A stretch of 64,000 nt of DNA from Collinsella sp. (lineage in GTDB: Bacteria; Actinomycetota; Coriobacteriia; Coriobacteriales; Coriobacteriaceae), in assembly GCA_036312985.1 (NCBI GenBank), contig JAXJMV010000030.1, forward strand, positions 15,456 to 79,455. The letters run 5' to 3'. Position numbers and translations under genes: made by a program. The notes beneath the pieces were generated by a model. It did not search any database, had not been told where the DNA came from, and worked only from the letters and a program-made list of their open reading frames with translations. Below are positions 1 to 8,722 of the stretch, one piece after another (position 1 is the stretch's first letter; every line of letters begins with the position of its first letter).

Positions 1-555
1 GTTGTCAAGCGTTCCATGGAGCGTAGCCTTGCTATGGATATCGCGAATGCCGTGGTTGCGTATCCCCATGCCGACGTGACCCTTTCGTGTGAGGGACACC
101 TCTACACCATGAGGGGCAACGATGCGTTCGTCGATCATTTGCGCTATGAGGTCCACTGCGATGTGGCGGTGGTCGCCCGCCCCGAGGACATCGACGAGGA
201 CGTCATTAAGATTGCCTTCCAGACGCCCGAGGTGGATCAGCCGGCGGCCCTGGAGTATTTCGAGCGCCTCTTTAGCGACCGTGTTGACGTGATGACGTCG
301 GGAACCGAGTGGACGGACTTTATCGGCTTCGGTTCGGGCAAGGGCTCCGCGCTTGCCGATTACGGTCGCGCCCTGGGTATTTCGCCCGATGAGATGATGG
401 CGTTTGGCGATAACGAAAACGACCGCGACATGCTCAACGTCGTGGGCCATCCTTATCTCATGGAGAGCTGCAATCCCTCTATGCGTGGCATTAACGACCG
501 CGTTCGCTACGTGCGCACGGTCGAAGAAGAACTGCGCCGCCTGCTCGCCGAGTAG
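1..555 (+). CDS. Cof-type HAD-IIB hydrolase (5' end outside window)
   Basis: Frame open from base 1; C-terminal HAD motifs GKGSAL and MAFGDNENDRDML. Confidence 0.85.
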   Translation, partial: VVKRSMERSLAMDIANAVVAYPHADVTLSCEGHLYTMRGNDAFVDHLRYEVHCDVAVVARPEDIDEDVIKIAFQTPEVDQPAALEYFERLFSDRVDVMTSGTEWTDFIGFGSGKGSALADYGRALGISPDEMMAFGDNENDRDMLNVVGHPYLMESCNPSMRGINDRVRYVRTVEEELRRLLAE

Positions 556-635
556 ACATTTGGGACATGCCTAGAAATCTATTTTTTGCTGCAAAGCGCG
601 GAAAGGTGGATTTTAAGGCATGTCCCGAACATCTA
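553..635. repeat. 83-bp element with 29-bp imperfect terminal inverted repeats (MITE/REP-like)
   Basis: 553-581 TAGACATTTGGGACATGCCTAGAAATCTA matches the reverse complement of 607-635 at 23/29 positions. Confidence 0.6.
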
Positions 636-1013
636 CCGGCAGTCGGGGCAGAGACCCTCGAAGATGGTGTAGTGCGACGTGACGTGCCAGCCGATTTGCT
701 CGGACGCCTTGGCGTCGAGCTGGGCATCGAAGGGGAGCGGTACGTCGATGACGCGGCTGCACGAGGTGCAGATGATATGCGCATGCGGCTCGATCGTGCG
801 ATCGAAGCGGCTGCCGCCCGGCGTCTTGATGGAGAGGATTTCGCCTGCGTCGGCCAAGAGATTGAGATTGCGGTAGACCGTACCGCGGCTGATTTTGTCA
901 TCCTGCGCGCGCACGACGTTGTAGATTTCGTCGGCGGTGGGATGGTTATAGCTTTGGCGCACGGCGTCAAGAACCAGCTTTCGCTGCCTGGTATTCCTTC
1001 TTTGCACCGCCAT
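633..1013 (-). CDS. Fur/PerR family transcriptional regulator
   Basis: TRQR...HPTADEIY...ISRGTVYRNL HTH; HAHIICTSC and CPDC zinc motifs. Confidence 0.92.
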   Translation of the reverse strand: MAVQRRNTRQRKLVLDAVRQSYNHPTADEIYNVVRAQDDKISRGTVYRNLNLLADAGEILSIKTPGGSRFDRTIEPHAHIICTSCSRVIDVPLPFDAQLDAKASEQIGWHVTSHYTIFEGLCPDCR

Positions 1014-1074
1014 GCGCCTCGCCTCTTTTCTATTAACGGTCGTAGGTAAATGATACCGTATTTAGCACACAATA

Positions 1075-1485
1075 CTAATAATGAGGACTGAAACCGTCTT
1101 CATTGGCAAGTGGGGCTCGGGCCTGGGCGTCTACGAGGCGAAAACGCGTTCCCATGCGCTCGTAGGAGGCATGAAGCGCCTCGAGATGAGATAGGACGTT
1201 TGCCGGAGTTCCCTGCATCTCCATCTCGACTGAGCCGTCTTCCATGTTACGCACCCAGCCGGTGAGTGCGCGTGCCTGTGCGAGGTTGGTGTTGGTAAAG
1301 CGAAAACCAACGCCTTGGACTTGCCCCGCCCAGCGCAGGAAATAGCGCAGGGGAATGTCTTGAGTGGCCTCGTCGCTTGCGAGTACGGTAAGCCTGCGGC
1401 GCAGCTCGAGCTCGACGTTTGATGGTTTTTGAGGCTCTCGACTGCCGCCGGTGACGCTGGAGAAGAACGTATCGAAGAGGCCCAT
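1075..1485 (-). CDS. acyP: Acylphosphatase
   Basis: GQVQGVGFR and GWVRNMEDGSVE signatures; start placed at MGLFDTFF. Confidence 0.88.
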   Translation of the reverse strand: MGLFDTFFSSVTGGSREPQKPSNVELELRRRLTVLASDEATQDIPLRYFLRWAGQVQGVGFRFTNTNLAQARALTGWVRNMEDGSVEMEMQGTPANVLSHLEALHASYERMGTRFRLVDAQARAPLANEDGFSPHY

Positions 1486-1487
1486 CG

Positions 1488-2594
1488 CTATGCCTGCTTG
1501 CCTGCGTCGGCCGGGAAGGTAATGCCGGCCTGCTGGCGCACGGCATCCATGATGCGCAGTGAGACGAGCGTGACATCGCGGTAGTGGCCAAGCTCGTGGC
1601 GTCCCGCCGGGGTCTCCCAAATCTCTTCCTTAACGTTATCGATGCCGTCGATGGCGGTGATAAAGTCTGTGAGTTCGTATTCCATAGTGTTGCTCGATTT
1701 GGGCAGGTCGAGCACGCGGCCGTTGTCGCCCTGTTCGCGCGGCGCCTCGGTCGCCGAGCCGCGTACGACATCGCCGCGATAGTCGATGCAGACGTTGCGG
1801 GGCGTGGACAGATGGTCGATCTGGATAGTGCCACGCTCGCCTTCGATCTGCGAGGGCAGCAGGTCATTCGTAATTTTGGAGTGCGCGAGCTCGACGGAGA
1901 TGCGGCCTCCGCCGTAGCTGGCGAGGATGGAACCGCAGCCGTCGATGGGGCCGTGCGTGAGCTGTCGCGTGGTGGGGTCGAGCAGAGTAGTCATGCTCGT
2001 AAGGCCGGAGGGCATGCCGAAAATCTCGACCATGGGCTCGACGGCGTAGACGCCAATGTCCATGAGGGAACCCGATGCCATATTGCAGTCGAAGATATTG
2101 GTGGCGCGTCCCGCGAGAATCTCGTTGTAGCGCGAGGAATACTTGCCAAAGCGCAATGAGGCGCGGCGGATGGGGGCGATCTCGCCCAGGGCGTCCTCGA
2201 TGGCGTGGAAGGCGGGATCGTGGAGGGGACGCATGGCCTCGAGGGCCACGACACCTGCTGCCTCGGCAGCGCGGAAGACTTCCAGCGCCTGTGCTTCGGT
2301 GGCGCAGAAGGGTTTCTCGACGATGACGTGCTTGCCACCGGCGATGCAGGCGAGCGCCTGCTCGTAATGGAGCGCATTGGGGCTGCCGATGTAGACGGCA
2401 TCGACGCCGGCGGCTGCCGCAAGCTCATCGAGTGACGTAAAGTTTCGCTCGCCGCCGTGCTCGGCAGTAAAGGCGGCGCCGCGCTCGGCATTGCGCGAGA
2501 GCGTGCCTACGAATACGGCCTGGTCGTTGGCATTGACGACCTGAATAAAGTCGTCGGTGATCATGGACGTGCCGATGGTTGCGATACGCAGCAT
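1488..2594 (-). CDS. Gfo/Idh/MocA family oxidoreductase
   Basis: IATIGTSMI Rossmann start, GKHVIVEKP, GSLMDIGVY. Confidence 0.9.
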   Translation of the reverse strand: MLRIATIGTSMITDDFIQVVNANDQAVFVGTLSRNAERGAAFTAEHGGERNFTSLDELAAAAGVDAVYIGSPNALHYEQALACIAGGKHVIVEKPFCATEAQALEVFRAAEAAGVVALEAMRPLHDPAFHAIEDALGEIAPIRRASLRFGKYSSRYNEILAGRATNIFDCNMASGSLMDIGVYAVEPMVEIFGMPSGLTSMTTLLDPTTRQLTHGPIDGCGSILASYGGGRISVELAHSKITNDLLPSQIEGERGTIQIDHLSTPRNVCIDYRGDVVRGSATEAPREQGDNGRVLDLPKSSNTMEYELTDFITAIDGIDNVKEEIWETPAGRHELGHYRDVTLVSLRIMDAVRQQAGITFPADAGKQA

Positions 2595-2667
2595 GTGTCC
2601 CCCTTGCGTTGTTTGGCCTACAGGACGAGTGTAGCGCGGGAGGACACAAAAGCGTGCGAAAACGCCG

Positions 2668-3153
2668 TTACAGGTCGCTCTCGTTAAAGCCGGTGTCGAT
2701 ATCGAGGTTACTGCCGTCGGCCGCCGTGGTGGCGAGCTCATCGCAGCGCTCGTTGAGCTCGTGGCCGGCGTGGCCCTTAACCCAGATGAACTCCACCTTA
2801 TGCTTGCTCCTTGCGGCAAGCAGGCGCTCCCACAGGTCACGGTTCTTAACGGGCTGCTTGTTGGCAGTTTTCCACCCGCGCTTTTTCCAGCCGTCGATCC
2901 AGTGTTTATTGAAAGCGTTGACGACGTACTGCGAATCGGAATGGACCTCGACCTCGCAGGGGCGGTTGAGCGCCTCGAGCGCCACGATGACCGCCATGAG
3001 TTCCATGCGGTTGTTGGTGGTCTTGGCGTAGCCGCGTGAAAGCTCGGAGGTGAAGGTCTTGCCGGCGGGGTTGGTGTATTTGAGTACGGCGCCGTAGCCG
3101 CCGCGTCCCGGATTTGATCGGGCCGAGCCGTCGGTATAGATGATGACCTTCAC
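2668..3153 (-). CDS. rnhA: Ribonuclease HI
   Basis: [37 protein letters not shown] start after AAGGA. Confidence 0.97.
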   Translation of the reverse strand: MKVIIYTDGSARSNPGRGGYGAVLKYTNPAGKTFTSELSRGYAKTTNNRMELMAVIVALEALNRPCEVEVHSDSQYVVNAFNKHWIDGWKKRGWKTANKQPVKNRDLWERLLAARSKHKVEFIWVKGHAGHELNERCDELATTAADGSNLDIDTGFNESDL

Positions 3154-3252
3154 GGGCTTCCTTTCGTTGGGTACGTTTCGTGTGGGTGACCATTGTAGCG
3201 CCATGCCCGCCGGGGGCTAGCAATCTACGATTTCTACCCCGTCTTCCGACAG

Positions 3253-4155
3253 TTAGTTGGCATGGATGATGCGGTTGAGCTCGTCGAGGTATTGCTGCAA
3301 GAGGGGAGAGGGCTTGCGCTCGTCGTGCATGATATAGCCTACGTGCATCGTTGGGGCGTCTGCTAACGGGATCGATGCCATGCCCCATTGCATTTCATTG
3401 GAGAGGACACCGGTCGACAGGGTGTAACCGTTCGACGTGATAAGTAAGTTAGTAAGTGTTCCGCGGTCCGAGATTCGTATGTTGCGGTCGCAAGGGATAT
3501 AGCTAAAAGGTTCCTCGGCGTAATAGAAGGAGTTCGAGGTGCCTTGCTCAAAGCTGTAGCGCGTATAGGGTGTAAGGTCGGCAAGGGACAGCTGCGGGCG
3601 GCGGGCAAGCGGGTGGCGCTCGCTAACGAAGACGTGGACCGTCGCGTCGAATAGGGGATGGAAGCTCGCGCGCGCATCGGCAAAAGCCTTCTGCAGAACA
3701 CGGGCGTTAAAGTCGTCCAGATACAGGATGCCGATGTCGCTGCGAAACGCGCGGACGTCATCGATGATCTGCGATGTGGTAGTCTCGCGCATGATGAACT
3801 CGAACTTGCTGTCGCGGCAGCGCTCGACCACGTTGACAAAGGCCTCGACCGAAAAGGCGTAGTGCTGGGCGGAAATGGCGAGGCGGGCTTGCGGGGTGCC
3901 GCCGTCCTCGTAGCGCGCCTCGAGCATATCGGCCTGCTCTACGACCTGGCGCGCATAGCCCAAAAGCTCGGTGCCGTCGTTGGTGAGCGTGACGCCGCGG
4001 CTGGAGCGCGTAAAGATCTCCAGGTGGAGCTCCTGTTCCAGGCTTTTGACGGCGTTTGAGATGCTGGACTGAGCGGTATAGAGGCGCTGAGCTGCGGCAT
4101 TGATTGAGCCGGACTCTGCTACGGCGATCAGGAAACGAAGCTGCTGGAGGGTCAT
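3253..4155 (-). CDS. LysR family regulator (MtaR/CmbR-like, divergent from metY)
   Basis: MTLQQLRFLIAVAESGSINAAAQRL HTH; LysR substrate-binding domain. Confidence 0.92.
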   Translation of the reverse strand: MTLQQLRFLIAVAESGSINAAAQRLYTAQSSISNAVKSLEQELHLEIFTRSSRGVTLTNDGTELLGYARQVVEQADMLEARYEDGGTPQARLAISAQHYAFSVEAFVNVVERCRDSKFEFIMRETTTSQIIDDVRAFRSDIGILYLDDFNARVLQKAFADARASFHPLFDATVHVFVSERHPLARRPQLSLADLTPYTRYSFEQGTSNSFYYAEEPFSYIPCDRNIRISDRGTLTNLLITSNGYTLSTGVLSNEMQWGMASIPLADAPTMHVGYIMHDERKPSPLLQQYLDELNRIIHAN

Positions 4156-4173
4156 CGGCGCCATCCTTTCGAG

Positions 4174-4201
4174 TGTTATCTATATAACCGATAACAGGTT
4201 A
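4174..4201. promoter_or_regulatory. Candidate LysR operator
   Basis: Perfect TGTTATC-N9-GATAACA (4174-4196) overlapping TAACC-N7-GGTTA (4185-4201) in the lysR/metY divergent region. Confidence 0.5.
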
Positions 4202-4312
4202 GCGCTTTTAAGTGATTGACCGAGGGAAACAATGCTCGTACTATTCAAAACACACAAAGGCGGTAGGTAATTAAGCCAAACACGGAACCGGGATGCGAAA
4301 GGAGGCCCGCAT

Positions 4313-4366
4313 ATGAATTGCTTACCAAGACGAATGCCGGGCTCCTGTTTGCGCCCGTCGGCGTGA
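4313..4366 (+). CDS. Putative 17-aa leader peptide MNCLPRRMPGSCLRPSA upstream of metY
   Basis: AAAGGAGG at 4298-4305, 7 nt before ATG; 3' half overlaps a hairpin at 4342-4373. Confidence 0.45.
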   Translation: MNCLPRRMPGSCLRPSA

Positions 4367-4428
4367 TCAGGAGACAGCGACTTACTTCTCTCTAATTTAT
4401 TAACTTTTGTTCGATCAAGGAGATCATC

Positions 4429-5739
4429 ATGAGCCAGTTCATCAACAACCCCGAGCACACCTTTGGTTTCGATACCCTGCAGCTTCACGTTGGCCAGGAG
4501 AGCGCCGATCCCGCATCCGACTCCCGCGCCGTGCCTATCTACCAGACCACGAGCTATGTGTTCCGCAACTCCCAGCACGCCGCCGATCGCTTTGGTCTTG
4601 CCGACGCCGGTAACATCTACGGCCGTCTGACCAACTCCACCCAGGGCGTCTTCGAGGACCGTATCGCCGCACTCGAGGGTGGTGTGGCAGGTCTTGCCGT
4701 CGCCTCCGGTGCTGCTGCCATCACCTATACCCTGCAGGCTCTTGCCCAGGCCGGTGACCACGTGGTGGCTCAGAAGACCATCTACGGTGGCTCCTACAAC
4801 CTGCTGGAGCATACGCTCTCCCAGTTTGGCGTCGAGACCACCTTCGTCGATGCCCACAACCTGGACGAGGTCGAGGGCGCCATCAAGGACAACACCATGG
4901 TCATCTACCTCGAGACGCTTGGCAACCCCAATTCTGACATCCCCAATATCGACGCCATCTCCGAGATCGCCAAGAAGCACGGTTTACCGGTTGTCGTCGA
5001 CAACACCTTCGGCACCCCGTATCTGTTCCGTCCGCTGGAGCATGGTGCCAACATCGTCGTCCACTCCGCAACCAAGTTCATCGGCGGCCACGGCACCTCG
5101 CTGGGCGGTGTGATCGTCGACGGCGGTAACTTCGATTGGAAGGCGAGCGGCAAGTATGAGCAGATCGCCGAGCCCAACCCCTCCTACCATGGCGTCTCGT
5201 TTGCCGAGGCTGCCGGTCCCGCCGCCTTCGCAACCTATGTCCGCGCCATCCTGCTGCGTGACGAGGGCGCCTGCATCAGCCCGTTCAACGCTTGGATCCT
5301 GCTCCAGGGCACCGAGACTCTGTCGCTGCGCGTTGACCGTCATGTCGAGAACACCAAGAAGGTCGTTGAGTTCCTGGCTGGTGATAGCCATGTCGCCAAG
5401 GTGAACCACCCGAGCCTGTCTGAGCACCCCGATCACGAGCTCTATCAGAAGTACTTCCCCAACGGCGGTGCCTCGATCTTTACCTTTGAGATTAAGGGTG
5501 GCCAGGAGGCAGCTTGGAAGTTCATCGACCATCTGCAGGTCTTCTCGCTGCTCGCCAACGTGGCCGACGTCAAGTCGCTCGTCGTGCACCCGGCTACCAC
5601 TACGCACTCCCAGCTCTCTGCCGAGGAGCTCGCCGAGCAGAACATCACGCCCTCCACGATCCGTCTTTCCATCGGTACCGAGAACGCCGAGGATATCATT
5701 TGGGATCTGAAGCAGGCCTTCGCCGCGCTGGACGAGTAA
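4429..5739 (+). CDS. metY: O-acetylhomoserine aminocarboxypropyltransferase / sulfhydrylase
   Basis: VPIYQTTSY, NIYGRLTN, HSATKFIGGHG PLP lysine, LANVADVKSL. Confidence 0.95.
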   Translation: MSQFINNPEHTFGFDTLQLHVGQESADPASDSRAVPIYQTTSYVFRNSQHAADRFGLADAGNIYGRLTNSTQGVFEDRIAALEGGVAGLAVASGAAAITYTLQALAQAGDHVVAQKTIYGGSYNLLEHTLSQFGVETTFVDAHNLDEVEGAIKDNTMVIYLETLGNPNSDIPNIDAISEIAKKHGLPVVVDNTFGTPYLFRPLEHGANIVVHSATKFIGGHGTSLGGVIVDGGNFDWKASGKYEQIAEPNPSYHGVSFAEAAGPAAFATYVRAILLRDEGACISPFNAWILLQGTETLSLRVDRHVENTKKVVEFLAGDSHVAKVNHPSLSEHPDHELYQKYFPNGGASIFTFEIKGGQEAAWKFIDHLQVFSLLANVADVKSLVVHPATTTHSQLSAEELAEQNITPSTIRLSIGTENAEDIIWDLKQAFAALDE

Positions 5740-5801
5740 GGCGACTTGTGCAAGGACCCCTTGCGACTCGATAGGTATAACTGCATAAAATGCCTGCTCA
5801 A

Positions 5802-5840
5802 GACGCCTGTGCGAACAATGGTTGCACAGGCGCCTTTTTT
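5802..5840 (+). terminator. Intrinsic terminator after metY
   Basis: CGCCTGTGC/GCACAGGCG stem followed by T6. Confidence 0.65.
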
Positions 5841-6051
5841 GCATAGAGCGGGTGCAAAAACAGGGTTTTTGGCATGCTTTATGCAATCGAGATGTGGAAA
5901 ACTCCTGTTAAGAGGATGTGAGTTTTACGCAATTGACGTGCGCCTTTTGAGTAAAACCGCAGGTCGCGATTTGCTCGGGGTACTATGCAGCGCGATCGAA
6001 TCACACGCAGCTCAAACGCAGCAAAAACGTACTACGGAGGTTTCTAGCTAC

Positions 6052-6825
6052 ATGAGGATCGATTCACGAAAACCGAAAGCCGCCGCCCTTTCCGCCGCTC
6101 TGACCGTGGCACTTTTGGCGGGCGCCGGTGCAACCGATGCCCACGCGGCAACACTATCCGATACGGTTGGACCTACGCCGTCCGAGGCGACGCTGGTGCA
6201 GCCCGTTGACTATCGCGGCGATGGTTATGGTTCCATGCAGGAGTGGAACGCCTCGATGGAGGCCAAGCGCGATTCCCTTGAGATGCGCGCTCAGATCATT
6301 ATGAATATGTATGGCGACTATGCTACCGATGACGAGCGTGCTGTGCTGCAGGGTTGCATCGACGGTGCGGGTAGCCTGTTGACGATGGGGGAGGTCGACG
6401 CCAAGTCGACCGAGCTCGATGAGCTGCGCGCTGCGCTTGAGGATGCCAAGCGCGAAGCGCTCGAGGCTGCCGCCGAGGCGGAGGCTGCCGAGGCCGCCCA
6501 GGCTTCGTACTACAACGCCGGTTACACTCCGTCTTACGCGTCTGCCGCGTCCTACGCGAACGGATCGGGCCTGACGCGCTCTGCGGGTGTCAATAACTAC
6601 AACGGGCGCCGCGAGACCTATTACAGCAGCAATGTGCTTTATCACTATCGCACGGGCGAATGGACTCAGGATTCTGAGGGCTTCTGGCGCGATTCCGACG
6701 GCTATTACGTTGTTGCCGCGGGCGATATGGCCCAGGGCTCGACCTTTACGGGCTCCAAGGGTGATTGCAAGGTCTATGACTCCGGCTGCGCTGCCGGAAC
6801 CACCGATTACTACACCGGTTGGTAA
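6052..6825 (+). CDS. Secreted protein: signal peptide, coiled coil and C-terminal 3D-domain-like region
   Basis: GGAGG RBS; signal peptide ending DAHA; Ala/Glu helix; VVAAGD...VYDSGCAAGTTDYY tail. Confidence 0.7.
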   Translation: MRIDSRKPKAAALSAALTVALLAGAGATDAHAATLSDTVGPTPSEATLVQPVDYRGDGYGSMQEWNASMEAKRDSLEMRAQIIMNMYGDYATDDERAVLQGCIDGAGSLLTMGEVDAKSTELDELRAALEDAKREALEAAAEAEAAEAAQASYYNAGYTPSYASAASYANGSGLTRSAGVNNYNGRRETYYSSNVLYHYRTGEWTQDSEGFWRDSDGYYVVAAGDMAQGSTFTGSKGDCKVYDSGCAAGTTDYYTGW

Positions 6826-7011
6826 TTTTTCTGCATCACGGATATTTGGCGGACGGGCGTCTTTACCGAGCTTTAGGGCAACGTAAAGATGTCCGTTCTA
6901 TGTATGCGTTTGAGTTAACAGAGCCCTTACCGTGGCGGTACGCTGGGCGTATGGATGCGGGGCACACTGGTTCTTGAGAAATAAGGTCTTTCTCTTGGAG
7001 GAAGTGGTCTT

Positions 7012-7218
7012 GTGAATGCTCGAGATATTGCCGTTGCCGCCGTCGCGTTGATGCTTGGCTGCCTTGGTCCCACGGCCGCGCTCGTCGCGGGCATGCAGGG
7101 GACATGCGGGGCTGCTCCTATCGTGGTCGGCGCGCTGATCGCGGCCACGCTGCTGGGAAGCGCAGGCGTGGTTCTTTGCCGCGACGATGAGGACGAGGTG
7201 CCGGGGTCGCAACGCTAA
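7012..7218 (+). CDS. Small two-helix membrane protein
   Basis: GGAGG RBS before GTG; two hydrophobic segments and an acidic tail. Confidence 0.55.
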   Translation: MNARDIAVAAVALMLGCLGPTAALVAGMQGTCGAAPIVVGALIAATLLGSAGVVLCRDDEDEVPGSQR

Positions 7219-7327
7219 CTGTTGTGAGATCGGCCGCCGGTCATAGACGAAGATGAAGGCCGCCGCAGGGGAAAGGTTCCCTTGCGGCGGTTTTGCTGTT
7301 AAGGCTGTTGAATGCGGCGCGTCGGCG

Positions 7328-8242
7328 CTACCAGCTTTTCTCGATATCGCGGATGCGCCGATAGAGCCACTCGTTTTGCGGTGCCTGGATATCGTGTTTG
7401 GCTGCGAGGCGGCAGATGGTGCCCGCGAACTCATCAACCTCGGTTTTGCGCCTTGCGATGCGGTCTTGAGCCATCGAGGGCATACCGGCGGGGTCGATTC
7501 CCTCGATGAGGTGCACCATTTGCGTCAGGTCTGCCTCGGTCAGTTCAACGCCCTCGGCGTTGGCGACCGCAAGCGTTTCGCGCATGGCGGAAACAAAGCA
7601 GCGACGCTGCTCGGAGCCCGGCTCCGTGGCGCTTCCGTAGGTCCCGCCGTAGGCCATGCAGGTCTGGTTGATGCCGTCGTTGAGCATGAGTTTGGCCCAC
7701 ATGCGGTGGGCGATGTCGTCCTCGATGGTATGGGCGATGCCGCAGCGCGTATAGAGCTCGTCGATTGCGGTGATGGTTGCGGGGTTCGTGCCGGCCGCCG
7801 CGCCAAAGCGGATTTCGCCCGCATTGGTAAAGGTGAGCGCGCCGTTGAGAAACACGGCGTCCATGCCCTGGCAGATACCAAGAACGGTATGCTCCCAGCC
7901 AAAGCATTCGGCAATCTTTTGCTCGCTCGTAATGCCGTTGCACAGCGAGGCGATGAGCGTGTTGGGTCCCACGACGCGCTCCATAGTCTTGAGTGCTTGG
8001 TCGAGACCGGTGGTCTTGACTGTCAGGATGACCAGATCGGCGGGCGTCGCCTCGCTGGCACGGACGGACGTGAGATCGCAGGGCTTGCCGTTGACGGTGA
8101 GCGCGTCGTTCGCGTGACGCTCAAAACGGGTGTCATCCATAACGTATTCGACGGCGTCATTGCCGAGGGCCTTGGCAATCATGCTGCCGTAGAGCAGGCC
8201 GACGCCGCCCTTGCCGATAAAGGCGACCTTGTTGATCTGCAT
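7328..8242 (-). CDS. panE: Ketopantoate reductase (ApbA/PanE family)
   Basis: FIGKGGVG, LCNG, MWAKLMLN, PSMAQD...KTEVD. Confidence 0.85.
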   Translation of the reverse strand: MQINKVAFIGKGGVGLLYGSMIAKALGNDAVEYVMDDTRFERHANDALTVNGKPCDLTSVRASEATPADLVILTVKTTGLDQALKTMERVVGPNTLIASLCNGITSEQKIAECFGWEHTVLGICQGMDAVFLNGALTFTNAGEIRFGAAAGTNPATITAIDELYTRCGIAHTIEDDIAHRMWAKLMLNDGINQTCMAYGGTYGSATEPGSEQRRCFVSAMRETLAVANAEGVELTEADLTQMVHLIEGIDPAGMPSMAQDRIARRKTEVDEFAGTICRLAAKHDIQAPQNEWLYRRIRDIEKSW

Positions 8243-8261
8243 GTGAATCATCTCCCCATGT

Positions 8262-8287
8262 AAAAGGCGCCCGCGTAAGGGGCGCCT
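8262..8287 (-). terminator. Terminator-like hairpin after the cyclase remnant
   Basis: AGGCGCCC/GGGCGCCT stem with T4 on the minus strand. Confidence 0.5.
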
Positions 8288-8365
8288 GATGGATTGTATG
8301 CTGCCAGGGTGATTGGTGGGTGCGCGGGGCGGCTGTTATGAAAAAGAAACTATTGCGCTGTGCGC

Positions 8366-8572
8366 TTATGCCGCGGGGCAGACCGCAAAGACGCGGGCGG
8401 GGTATCCGACGCCATCGCGGACCTTGGGGAAGGTGCAGAAGATGACGGCGCCTGTGGCGGGAAGCTCGTCCAGATGGTCCATGACTTCGATTTGATGGCG
8501 GTCGACCGAGAGGATGTATTGCTCGCCGGGGTAGGGGTAGGCGTCCTCGCACGTGGTGATGCCCGGCTCCTT
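8366..8572 (-). pseudogene. 3' remnant of a cyclase/kynurenine formamidase family gene
   Basis: Frame reads EQYILSVDRHQIEVMDHLDELPATGAVIFCTFPKVRDGVGYPARVFAVCPAA*; in-frame TGA immediately upstream; N-terminal part absent. Confidence 0.75.
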
Positions 8573-8722
8573 TCATCGGGCTTTTTGCTGATGTTAAAGC
8601 GGTGCCGTGACGGCTCGATTTCTGCTGCGTTACGATACGTTCTCAATTGCGATTCCGATGTGTTTCGATGACGTGACGGGTTTGTTTCGCCTTGTCAGGG
8701 CTTCGATGGGAGGGGAGGGGCC

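Noticed and set aside
4200..4428. SAM-I riboswitch or T-box upstream of metY
   Set aside because: I could not find the SAM-I (AUC...AGA...GAU) core or the T-box GGTGGNACC motif; rarer SAM classes need an Rfam scan.
5746..6051. N-terminal extensions given by the ORF track (also 1486-1620, 2595-2840, 15834-16292, 25243-25434, 29779-29973)
   Set aside because: Downstream starts have better RBSs and coincide with domain or signal-peptide starts; the extensions overlap terminators or neighbouring genes.
6860..7010. Possible structured RNA upstream of the 68-aa membrane protein
   Set aside because: Only short stems and no recognisable riboswitch or ncRNA consensus.
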